Shown: piece after piece, positions 34,958 to 58,417 of the stretch
Layout of the letters: every line of letters starts with the position of its first letter
Numbering within the stretch: position 1 is the stretch's first letter
DNA from: Hydrurus foetidus
Taxonomy: Eukaryota
Assembly: GCA_900617105.1 (NCBI GenBank)
Contig: UYFQ01000312.1
Location: forward strand, 1 to 64,000
DNA length: 64,000 nucleotides
Reading direction: 5' to 3'
Notes under the pieces: generated by a model
Seen by the model: the letters and a program-made list of their open reading frames with translations, nothing else
What the model was told of the DNA's origin: nothing
Database searches by the model: none
Translations under genes and position numbers: made by a program

Positions 34958-37900
34958 TGGCCCTATCTATTCCAACTCGTTGGAGTTGGGAGTTGAGTAT
35001 TTTGGAGTTGGTAAAAAAGGCCGTATAATTTGTAAGGGCTTTTTTACCAACTCCATTTTCGTTTTCGGACTCCAAAATCTAAATCATCGTGGAGCTGGAC
35101 CCGCATCTTTTGAGTTGGAGTGAAACACCCAGTAAAAGAATGTAAAACTCAAATTGCCGTGGTGCACTGAAAAATCCGGTGTCCACGCGGCTGGCAAATT
35201 TTCACAGGTGTAACGAAGGGAACGTGTAGGGAAGGTGTCGGCTTTTTCTTTCCGGTATAATTCCTTCATGAAGGAAAAGTCCTTTTATGACAGAAAATTC
35301 ATTTGAAACCTTTGAAGGCGATTCCTTTTGCAAATGATTTCATATAAATTCCCTTCGAACGATCAAGCTGTCAGACCACTTGATTCTATCAAGCTATGTC
35401 TGTAGTAATATAGTTGCTAATATAGTTACATATATATACATGTACGTTATGCGGCACGTACGTACGCACGTACACTTGCAGATATGATAACATGCACACG
35501 TACACAAGTACTTACACATGTTAGTGCATACTCATTTATGCATACGTATACACATGTACTTACACATGTACGTACATAGTCAATATGTACGTACGGACGT
35601 ACGCACGTACGCACGTACGCACGCATGTAGCATAGCGTACACTTGTATGGTCACGCACACACATACATACGTACGTGCATATGTTAGTACAAATTATTAT
35701 ATGCATACGTACACACACGTACTTACACATGTATGTACATATATAATATGTACGTATGTACGATCGCCAATAGCGTAGTACATAGATGTATAGGCGTACA
35801 TACGTAAGTACCACTGTACTTACGCATGTACGTTCTTACACATACACATGCATACGTACTCCTATAATATCGCCATATAGCAGTTAGTACTCACGCATGT
35901 ACGTTCATATACATATACACGCATACGTACCCCTGTACTATCGCCATGTATCAATTAGTACGAACCCTCTGACCTCACGCAAATGAACGTTCGCCTTTCA
36001 TGATTCTTCAGTATCGCCAAAACACTTCGTTACTATAAGCATTCATGCAACGTTCCTCAAGCACATGCTATGAACAACACATCTCGCTGTGAACTTTGTC
36101 CGAAGTTAGTTTCACTGTCATGAACTGTTCCGATAGCTCTTTTGCGTGGCTATCTGTAAACTCTAATCAGAATTTAATACGTTGTACTTCACAGCTTCGT
36201 CTACTCGATAGCTCACTGAATTGAGACAGTAGCCTGCAGCTGCTTCTCCACCTTTGCTGCGAACGCTAGAAGGTGACATCTTGTATTTAGTCTTACACAA
36301 GCATTTACAAAAAAAATCTGAAAATTTCCCTCGAATGCTGGTGTTCTTCTAAATGATTTGCAGAAAAATTCCTTCGAACATTTTTTCGATCGAAGGCTTT
36401 TTTCTCCGACCGAATTATTCGGAGGAAAGACATATTAATCTCACCTAATAGAAATCAGAGATTTAAATTCAAGATACTTTGAATTAATGACAATTAGAGC
36501 ATAACAGTAATCCAGATGTCTTGTATAGTGAGGCAAACACATCTAGCAGTCTAATTAAGAAGTCGAATGATGCTTAAACGTCATTTATATCAGATTCGCT
36601 GTCATGGGCATGTGGGTCGACATCAAAATCTTGCATCTCCTCTTGCATGTCAGGGTCTCGTAGTCTGATAGGGACGTGGTCGTTGATCGTCTCCCTACTA
36701 ATTTCTGGAATTGTGCTTGGAATCAGATTATGGTTCAATTTACAAAACAGAATCATCACGATAAATCCCGCATCTAACTGTGATCGACGGCGGGTGACAA
36801 GATTAGCAAATGTGCTAAAATCGTTTTCAAGCACCCCTGATCCGGGTGGTGTCCCGAGTTGAGCCATCGCTACGACAGTCAAAACTGGAAAATCTCTCGT
36901 CCCAGTGTGCTGCCAAAAGTGAATGAATCCCTCGGGACTAGTCAGAGAAACCTGCAAAGGTGATGCTGTTTTCTTTGTCATGTAGTGTGCGAACTCCGTC
37001 GTTGCACGCTGTCGTGCCGTGAGAACCGGGACCTCGACTTCTGCATCCTCATCACCATCGGAGTCAACATCCATATAGCTGCTGGTTTTCATTGCAAGAA
37101 CTCGCTTCTTTCCAACTGCTAGAACGTCTCTAGCCTCAATACCCCTCATCCTTTTTGCCGCTGCCGGAACATAGTCCAGGACTGCGACAGCTGCGGGGGC
37201 GATCACTGCAAATGCTACATTCTTATTATTGTGTACTATGACTTTAACCATCAAATTGATGCAGTGGTTCTTGATTCTCTCTTTGTGTAAGTCTAGCCAC
37301 TCATCATCTGTGTTTGGGTCATACCCTGGTGCAGTTGCAAAGATAGAATTCATAAACTTAAGATTCTTCATGAACGGGTGAAGCACAGTTATGATGTCGA
37401 ACGCCCTGAGACATCACTCTGGTTTGCAAGATCCGGTCTTTGTATCTAGATGAAAGAATCGATAGGACCTCGATAATGCGATATTCATCCCTACCCGAGC
37501 TGCTCTACCAATGCTACGCAAGTCATCGTGATTGCGTTTTGCTTCTTCAATTTGACCTGGCGCTCCGATTTCTGCCGGAGGAAGTACGGCATTCACTTTT
37601 GTCCTCTTAGCAAGATTGAGAACTACGGGGTCAAAGATGAGAAGAGGGGAGAGAGAATTGAGAGTGTCCATTCTCAAGTCAGTAAGCATGCCCACCACTG
37701 ATGGAACCAATACTCCCTTGTTTGACTGCGCTATAACGATAATGTCCTTCACAGGTGATAGTACTGAAATAATTTTCACGATTGCAGTGCGCTCTTTCAT
37801 GTTGGTGTCCCAAAACTTCCCACGTCCCTGATAAGCTGTTCGAAGGGCATCAAAGCGCTCGATAAAGTTGATCAAGGACTTCACCAAGCTTCCCCAGCGT

Positions 37901-39976
37901 TGATGAATGGCTTGGGCAAGCTTTGAATGCGGGTTCAGTCCATGGTCCTCCACAGTTGCAGAAAGTATCTCACCGAGCAATATGAGTCCCTCTGCTGATT
38001 TGTGGAAGTACTCCACTATTTTCCTCACTTTACGTAAAAGATTTTTCAACATATCCGTGCCAACTGAATCCTCCCCTAGATGCTGCGCATCAAAAGCCGA
38101 AGCAAAGGCTGTTGATAGCATGTGACTTTTGCACCAGCTCCACGGAGATTGCAGCAAGGTATCGCAGCACCGTTTCACTTCAGGTCCAGCATCCGTCACT
38201 GTGTTTACTGTTTGAGTTTGTAACGTAACAACAAAACGGAGAACCTAACATGAAAAGTGTTAAATGTTAAAGTCATATTTTTGTTGAAAAACAAACCTGA
38301 ATCAGTCATCACATATCGTAATACTCACCATCGCAAAACTTTCGCAGACATTTATCGTTTCATCGGAGCATAATGAGTAGCCCTGAGCCGTTTTCAACTC
38401 CTCGATTGTGCGCTTCTGCTCTAGCTCATTCAGAATCGGTATGAAGCTGGCACACAAATCTTTGTTGATAGGACAATGTCCATCCTCGAAGAGCTCACGA
38501 ACCTCTGACCCAGAGTCAAGAATGTTGAAAGGCAAACCACTCTTCAATATGGCGTAGGTTACTTTCATTCTGTATGCAAGAACCTCTAACAGGAGAGTGC
38601 ATCCTGCCATAGATTTTATTGCATCACTTTCTTTTATTGAGGATGCATAGCCTTCAAGCGTTTTGCGGTTGTTACTTCTCAACTCTACTTTGCTCTTGTG
38701 AAATTTACTTTCTAAGTGTCTCTTTATCGTTGAATACTTCAATGCCAACGTCGCATCGCAAACCGTGCAAACCAAGTCACAACCTCGAACCTTCAATGGA
38801 GCATCGGGAAATTGTAGCTTCCTGTCTGTGGCTGACTTTTCTTTCATACTTCGACTATTTCGCCTCTTTTTTCTACTGTACATCCCGGCTGTTGTCTTCA
38901 GGACCCTTTTGCGAGCAAGATTGCTACTAGCTGGAAGATTGTTCATAATATCGGTCAAGATTTCTTGCTCCGGTTTGTCGTCATCGCTTTCAGCTGGTTC
39001 CGACTCCTCATCCTCATCCTCATCCTCATCATCCTCCTCATTATTACTTCCATTCTTATCGACGTAATCACTGTCATTATCACTCCTCAATCGTTGCGTG
39101 CTGAATGTACGGCTGCAAAATACGGAAAATTCATTCATTATTCCATAGTAACCATATTTTTGTTGAGGCTGTAAAGTATCTTACCACTTTTTATTACTTC
39201 GGCCGTTGCTTGGCTCCACATTTGTCGATCGCGATGGGCGGAAGAAGCTGCTGATCGCAGGACTACGTAAGGAGTAAGGTCTACTTTATATTACTTCAGA
39301 GGATGCATTCGATGCTGTTGACGAGCATGATGACGCGCCATTGTTGGCATATACGCAAAATGTGCCCGACAAAGATTTCTGGCACACTTTGTGCATTCCT
39401 TGAACGACTCCGATTGGCAAGTATGCGCCTCGTAAATGTATCCCTGTTCCATCGCTTCTCAGCAATTTTGCGTCCTCAGGAAGTATGTGCCTTCAGTTTT
39501 CAGTTGCAGCCAACAGTGATGGGTGACTGTTTATGGGTGACGGTACCGCGTATCTGCTCTGCTTTTGCTGCTACTTCTACATTCCTGCTCTATTTCTGCT
39601 GCTACTTCTACATTTCTGCTCTATTTCTGCTACTACTTTTACATTTCTGCCACCTCGAGGAATATTCTGCTGCTAAAAAATAAATCTGCTAGTAAACCTT
39701 AACTAGATTAAAATCATGCTAGCAGATGCCACTCAATATATTTGAGTGCGAATTCTGCTGAAATTCTGCTAGCCAAATCGACGAATGGCAAGTACAAGAT
39801 CCTAGTCTAATCCGGATATCCCAACATTGAAAGTCCCGAGTCGTTTTTGAAAAAAAAACCGGAATCGCAAACACTGTACATACGTACCGTAGTTGGATGA
39901 AATTTTGGCCTAAAATTTTAGTCTTTTTTTACAGCTCCCACCCAACTCCAACGAGTTAGAATATAGAATAGGGCCA
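34958..39976. mobile_element. TIR element (Harbinger-like ends, AAT TSD) enclosing a hAT relic
   Basis: TGGCCCTAT...AACTCGTTGGAGTTGGG at left, gapped reverse complement at 39941-39976; AAT on both flanks. Confidence 0.7.
36574..39138 (-). pseudogene. hAT-superfamily transposase, broken into three frames
   Basis: Zn finger CTVC...RHLESKFH, YSLCSDET, TDAG...CKSH, QRWGS, C-terminal FW...FPVL...GSGVLENDFS...RRSQL; splice donor near 38328 and frameshift near 37400. Confidence 0.85.
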
Positions 39977-40089
39977 AATATATATTAAAATAATTCAAGC
40001 TGCAAATTGCCACTGTAGAGAACTTCGTCTTCTCAGAACAACTCAACTCGAACTCTTTCACAACAAGAATTCGTAATTATCTTTGAAAA

Positions 40090-41650
40090 ATGGGAAACTC
40101 AGCTTACATCATTGTAGAGATCGAAAATAATGAAACTCTTTGTGGTGGTGCGACACTGAGAGGAAAAGTGCTGTTAGACGTCATACAAACACTTTCGGCG
40201 GACAGCTTGATCTTTCGCTTTTACGGTCATGAACGAACAAAAGTATCGGTCAGCAGTAGTACATGTTATGAAGAATCAGCGGACATTTACTCTACTAAAG
40301 TCATTTTGCACAGTTTTGACGGAGGTTCTGTTGCGGAAGGACGCTATGAGTTCCCCTTTGAAGTTCCCCTTCCGCGGGGACTACCTGGATCTCAACGCTC
40401 CAACGCGAACTCGACCCGTGAGTCATGTAGCATATTGTATCATTGCGAAGCGAAGCTGAATCGATCTGGAGTGATTAGAAAGCGGAATGTCAGAAATTCC
40501 TGCGAAGTGTTGTTGAAAGACGAACCATATGCGTCGTTCCCGACGCCGATATTTCTGGGACCCACTTTATCCAAGGTGTCTTGCATGATGGCTTAATACT
40601 TGTGGTGTCATAAAATTTGGGGGGAAAGTGAACACAACTAGCGTGTGCGCGAACGAGAAGTTTCGAGTTGACTATGGGATTTGCAACCAGTCCACGGCGG
40701 ATGTGAAAGCGTTGACGATCATGATAAAGTGCTTTATATCATTTTCCGCTAAAGGATTCGGTGCGAACATAACGCAGACAGCGTTTGAAAGGCGTATTGA
40801 AGCAGTAAATCTACTTGGTGCTGAACCTCTTCATGAAATAAGAGATGGCGAAGTTGATTATGATTACGGTACCATGTTGGAACAAATCAACGAAGGAGAG
40901 TTCGGAGTTGACATTCCGATCAGTAGTAACATCCTATCCTCTTACTATGGCACACTGATGACTATCAGATATGAGCTCTTATTGTCCATGACGACAGCGT
41001 TTGGAACGAACAATAAAACTATCTCGATTCCGATTATGATACATCGCCGCGGATTTAACTTTGCTGGTGTAGTTCCTAAGGTGGAGACAAACCACACCGT
41101 GCCTTTCCAGACTGCAGTTGAAATGCCAACAACAGTGCTGCCGAGTGAGCCGGTCTATCTGTCGTACGGGTACGACACAGTTGGTAGGTTGTACGCTATG
41201 GTGAAGGCGAGCAGGAAGTGGCAGGAGGTTACTGTGCTGAAGGACTGGCTGAGTCACTCACCCAGTAACATCAACCTGCTCACGCCAGACACGATGCTGC
41301 CGCTATTTCAATCCATCAAAAGCGACATCTCATTCTACGCGCTCTGCCAAACGCTTGGCGTTGCGATGAACGACATCAGTTCAACCAACAAATGCACTGT
41401 CGCGCACATCACCGAAGCTGCAAGGGCTGTGACACCTCCGATGAAAAGTCTGGTGTGCATTTTGCTCGCTCCTCACTGCACGGAGAGGGCGAACGCCTTT
41501 AACGCGTTCGGAGCTATTGGACTCACAGACGTCGAGATGGCGAGTGTAATGATCCACTATGTTCGACATTTCGATTTTCCATTGCCCTGTGGTGAGGAGA
41601 GGGAAACCAAGTCCTTTACCCAGCCATTTTTGCGATCTATCTTCAATTAA
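40090..41650 (+). pseudogene. Arrestin-domain protein with 1-nt frameshift near 40590 (or sequencing error)
   Basis: LRGKVLLDV, GRYEFPFEVPLPRGLPGS arrestin-N motifs; continues in another frame with arrestin-C-like SSYYGTLMTIRYEL...IPIMI. Confidence 0.75.
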
Positions 41651-42780
41651 GCTTCTAGCCTGAGCCCTTATTCAACGCCCAATGCGGCCTCAAAGTATAG
41701 AAGGGCTGGATTACCTTTCTGCACTACACTGCACTGCACTGCACTGTACAGTCGTTCATCCGTTCTATTTTTCTTCCTATCTTTTTTGCTTTGCTGCTTG
41801 ATATGATTATACTTCAGCTACTAGCTTTCAAAGCTATGAGGCACTTTATTTTTTAATTTCCGTTGAATAATTGGCTAGAATTGCCCGTAGTATATGACGT
41901 CTTTACGCGCTGTATATTTACTACGATTATCACTTTCTTTTATCTGATATTGCACATAACTCATGTGTATCATCGCAAATGATCAAATTCGTGACATCTA
42001 AATTATTACTCGTTGTATTTCAACTATTCACAAGTATAGAATTCACTGTACTTCAGGATTTTGAAATATGAGTATTCAAATTTGCTTAGATTCGTCTACG
42101 TTTTTCTCTGTCCCACACTTAATTTTATTCTCCCTGCTCTAACAACAAGTATCTTACCTCCCATCATATTGTAGTTTTGTAACTGATAATTATGTGGATA
42201 CTATTGGTGCCAACGACAACACCTTTTTTGCAGTGCTTTGAGATACACATCTCTCTCAAATGAAAAGAAAACTCAATTTTTCTTCAAACCGTGGCGCATA
42301 TGGACACAATTTAATACAATTGGAATGATGGAATAAACGTTAGTGTGAGCGTGAAAAGTCCCATTATTAGAGTGTTCGCGCAAACGGAAATATCCCGGAT
42401 TATATCCGTCGATTTTAATGGGAAACTTGAAATCTGAGGAAGAGGCAGTAAATCTACGGTACGAACCCTGGGGTTTCAGCCGGATTTGTCCGTGTGCGCG
42501 AACACTCTTCTCTCTTTCTCTACAGTACTATCAACTGTGAGAGCTGCAGCTCGAGGCTCCTCGTCTATCACAAGTTGGGCTCAGGCGGATCTCGACTGTC
42601 ATTATTTTGCAATTATTGTGTAGGGGGTGTTGGGGGGACGTGTACCCCTAGAAAAATCCGCTCTCTGTTCACGCACTAAGAATGATTTCAAAACGATATT
42701 AATCATGCCCTAACACCTATTTAATTATTAAAATCTCTATTGACACCGAGCGCTAATCTAAATATCAACGGCATCTTCTA

Positions 42781-42925
42781 CAGTGCTCGAAATTTGTTGT
42801 ACTGCAACATTAAAGATCCTTCCGTATAGTCTTCTAAAGACCGTCTCATCTGACCAATGGTGAAAGAACTCTTCAAATGAGAGATAACTCCTCCAGCTGC
42901 TGCTGATGAAGGTGTCAATGTCATG
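42781..42925 (-). pseudogene. Fragment of hAT-like transposase C-terminus
   Basis: Translates TLTPSSAAAGGVISHLKSSF...LEDYTEGSLMLQYN, a degenerate PSSAAAERVFS...LQYN motif. Confidence 0.55.
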
Positions 42926-43305
42926 TTAACCGTATTCTTCTTCTTTTTCTATTTTTCTTCCCGTTGTTAAAATCGGATTAAGTAGAATCAAATGAAACTT
43001 GAGATGAGAGATGTGATGCAGTGTATTTAAAATATTAAATACCATTCTCAAGATTTAGTCGGTGCACTGGTTGCCCATTAGATAACGATTACGATGCCGA
43101 TTATGGCGTATTAGAGATTCACGACTGCATTAAATGACGTATGAAATAAGCTATGTCGTGACGTTGCACATCTCTAGAAGTGGTGAAAATCAATAGGCAA
43201 ACAATGGAACAGATAAATAAATCAACAGCAAACCACAATAATACGAATATTAACACGAAAATAAGATTTTGTACGCATTCAAATCCGTTACTTCCTCACT
43301 TAATC

Positions 43306-54429
<11,124 letters not shown>

Positions 54430-55742
54430 TGATGATTCTGGCTGATCTGGAATGCAGCGCTCTCCTCATGAAAACAATTTGCCACACAACAGAAATAGCC
54501 AATTGCAAGACAGTCCCGATTGATTGTAGAAGCATCCTCGGGAGCGTTGAAGTGAGTTGCCCAAAGAAGTTTAAGGAGCTGCCAAATGAATTATCAAAAA
54601 GACAAGAGAGAAGAGAAGAGAGATCAATGTCGGAGCATGGGGAGGGAGGATAGAGTTGATGGACCTTGGATCCTAGATTCCACTCTTTTACGCGTACATT
54701 TGGTATTGGAACTGTAGTCCTATACATAATGAATCCTTTTATTATGTCTGATTTTTGAATCAGTTGTGAGTTGTTGATAACTGTATCATGGACTAGATGA
54801 TGTTATTGGAGAGGTGGATTCCCTATTTTGTTCGAAGTCATTACATGCGAAACATACAAAAAACGAAACCTCAATCCTCGAATCCTCAAAACACGGGTTT
54901 CCAGAATTCCTCAAATCGGTGAAACCGAACCAGCCACTTTTTCGTAATTTTGAGTTTTGAGGTTTTCAAATTCCTCGTTTTGAAGCCCTCGGATCGAGGA
55001 ATTCAAAACGAGGAATCCAAAAAAACACGAGGTCTTGGGTCCAAAAGGGCCGAGGATTTTCGGAAAACCCGTGTTTTGAGGATTTTTTACTTTGTATGTT
55101 TCGACTGTTAGTATCGTAAGTATATGGAACGACGTACGGGTTTGCAACTCGCACGTACAGTAACTACATTGTGACTTGTGGTAGAGATAAAAGATGAAGT
55201 AGCGAGTTTATTGGAGGGGTAACACTTCTGTTCAGTGGCGAAAAGCTTTGCTTATTACACTGCATTATGTACGTACTGTGGAAACGACAACTATACAGGA
55301 ATATCATATTTCCGTGCTCGAAACTGACCGCCGAGAACAACGCTGAGAGAAATTGCTATTCTGTTCTACGGTTCACAATATCTAATTCAACTGAAAACGA
55401 AAATCTTGATATCAGAAAATGAAAACGGTTCCTCGAATTATATCACTTGATCTGTGTACGTACGGGTACCTACTGCTATAAACTCAATTCAACTCGTACA
55501 TACGTACAGTGTAATCAAAATCTCATTCTCAAACTGTTCTTCTTACCGTACAAGACACTTCACTTCTCCAAAGTGTCAATCACTCACGATATGATAGATA
55601 AGAATGTGGCCAACGAAAACTGTGATCGGTTAAATTAAACAGTTCGGTTACTTACTGCACAAAAATAAATAAAGCATGGTGGGTTACGCTTGAAAAGAAA
55701 CAAGCGCCACACCGTGCGACCTAACAGCTATGAATAATATGA

Positions 55743-57695
55743 TTACACTTTTTCTGACAATTTCCAAAGAACTTTCTCTCCAGCACGAAGTGGTATCACG
55801 GTTGATGTTCCGAAAGAATATTCCGCAGGAACAATCCAACTTTCTTTTCTCAGGATTATTTTTCTCGTGTTCTTCGGAATGTTATAAAAATTCTGACCGA
55901 ATGTGCTTAGGAAAGATTCCAGTTTGTCGAGTGCGTTTACAGATTCAAATGCTTCTGCGTACAGTTCAACAGCTGCGTGACCGGTGAAGATACCTGAGTT
56001 GACAATCAAATGTAATCATTAGTTCAGTTATCATTCATGCCCGTTATCTAATAGTGATATCAATCGTGATCACATGTATGCTAAATGCAATTTCATTGAC
56101 AAGGCAATAATACGTATGTGTGTATTTATGTCGAGTAGAAAGATCTGACTTGTAACATTTCTGCAAACGATAACTTCGTATTATTTCTGTCGGACAATAT
56201 TTTACAAATAGCGATAAACCAACAAGTAATTGATGGATAGACGAAGTAGAGTCACAAGTGGTATGACACATATCATGTTCGACATTTAATGAAGAAACAT
56301 GTTTCGATAGACAGACAGATGCATACCTGCACATCCACAAGCTGACTCCTTTGATTCGACTGTGTGTGGTGCGCTGTCCGTTCCAATGAAGAACTTGGGT
56401 GTACCGGAAGTGGCCGATTTTAGCAGTGCAATCCGGTGTTTTTCTCTTTTCAGTATCGGCAGACAGAACATATGCGGACACACTCCACCTTTAAAAAGAT
56501 CATTTCTATTGTACAGCAAATGATGAGCTGTGATTGTGGCGCATAGAAGAGGATTGTGTGCGTTTTCTTCTGACACAAAAAGGGCCGCTTCTTCTGTTGT
56601 AATATGCTCCATAACAATTTTTAAACTCGGAAATTGTTTTATTAGGGGACGTAGAATAGTGTCGATGAAAAGTTTCTCTCTGTCGAATATGTCTACCGAA
56701 GGATCGGTTACTTCTCCATGCACTAGTAGTGGCATTCCTATGTCCGACATTGTCTGATATGATGATGTGTTGTGCAGTTGAGATATGTGAGGACAATCAC
56801 GACAACTCAGGCAAATAATTTAACCGAACACAAAATTTACGTAACTTTGCAACCAAACATTCTATACGAAATAGAAGCACAAAATAGAAGCACAAATGAC
56901 AAAACATGCGCAGAACACACAGAAAATGAAAACATCCTAATACCTGCAAGACTGCATGAACTTTGCTGACATCAGTGACACCGAATTCGGAATTCGTTGT
57001 TGCTCCTGCTGGGTACAGTTTGGCAGCATAGACAAGCCCAGAAAGGAAAGATCTCGTGATTTCTTCCGATCTATTATCCAGTGTGAATGAGAGCGTTATT
57101 ATTAACAGTTTGCTGTAGTCATGGCTGTCATTCTGTGCTCGTCAATTTAAATATTTGCCAATTCACATTCTGTGCTTCTTGATTTGGGGAACACATATTT
57201 GTCAAAGGTGCTAGACAGCTAATTTGTGTCAGTCAGATCGAGAATAGTCATAGGTCTCAAACGCACTACATGATTTGTGGGCAATAGCTGCCTCTTCAAG
57301 TTGATCGACATACGTTGTGAAGTCCGTCAGGTAGAGAGTCATCAATGGCTCAAAAGGCACGCTGTCCTTGGGCACATGGGACAATATTCTATCTCGGTAT
57401 GCGATCGCCTGATATCAAATCAGGTTAACATCGAAGGATGTCGTGATCAGATCGGAATCGTATGTTCTCCAAACAACATTGACATCTTCAGCAGTCATCT
57501 GGAATCACAGAACGTCATCTAAACTACACTATGCTATTCTGATACCTCATCAAGACTTCTAACAGGCGGCTTTATGTTTGGCATCACTATGACGCGACCA
57601 AAAGAGCGGGTGGCGTGATGAACGATGTTCTGAAGCACATCACCGTCTCGTAAATGGTGATGAAAGTCATCCGGAAGTGTAAGCTCGAGCTCCAT
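55743..57695 (-). CDS. pyrC: Dihydroorotase, homodimeric (type II), 5 exons
   Basis: [70 protein letters not shown]. Confidence 0.95.
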
Positions 57696-58417
57696 ATCTA
57701 TTGATATTTTCTACCCCTAACCACAGCTGCGTCGGGGAAAGAAGGCTTGCGAAATGGACTCTTGAGCGGCAAGTTGACAATGCTTCATTGGCTCATAGCG
57801 CATAGCACCATGATGGAATGGTGGCCGATGATCAAACTCAACTCAGTCTGCTGGGGCAAGATCAGAGGGAACTCGAACTCAATAACCGACAGTAAACAGT
57901 AGACTGATGTTGTTTCGTACATCAAGAATAAAGATATGTGATCTTCTTTCTTTTTGATGCCTCATCTGCGCTTCCTATTTTAATTATCGTGTCATACGAA
58001 AGTTACATGACAACAATTTCGATTCTTTCGAGGTTGAAGTGATAGTTTGTGAATATGAGAAAAAAAATTCTGGACAATATTGCCGTAATAAAATTTATCA
58101 AGATGATGACTTCATCTGATTTCATCCGAAAAATATGAAATAGTCAATCCTCACCATGACTTAACACTCTGTAGCCTGAAGAAAACTCACATGAAATAAA
58201 TCGTGGCGAAAAAATCTAATTATTTTGGGGCTCATGCATTGAAACTGTTCTCGGTTTTTGGTACAAATAAAGAAAGACAAATTTTACCGTATGATTGGAC
58301 AAACTATCTCAAATCTCACGATAAAATTCATTAACAAGTTAGAGCATATCGCAGGAGAAATCGAGGGAGGCTGCATATAGATAAGAGCAGTGTTGGCATG
58401 ACAGCGACTAATTCACA

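Noticed and set aside
35430..35960. ORFs in CATA/CGTA-rich tract
   Set aside because: Low-complexity repeat sequence with no protein motif.
54848..55103. Possible MITE from short inverted matches (CGAAACATACAAA; AATCCTCAAAACACGGGTTT)
   Set aside because: Ends and TSD could not be defined.
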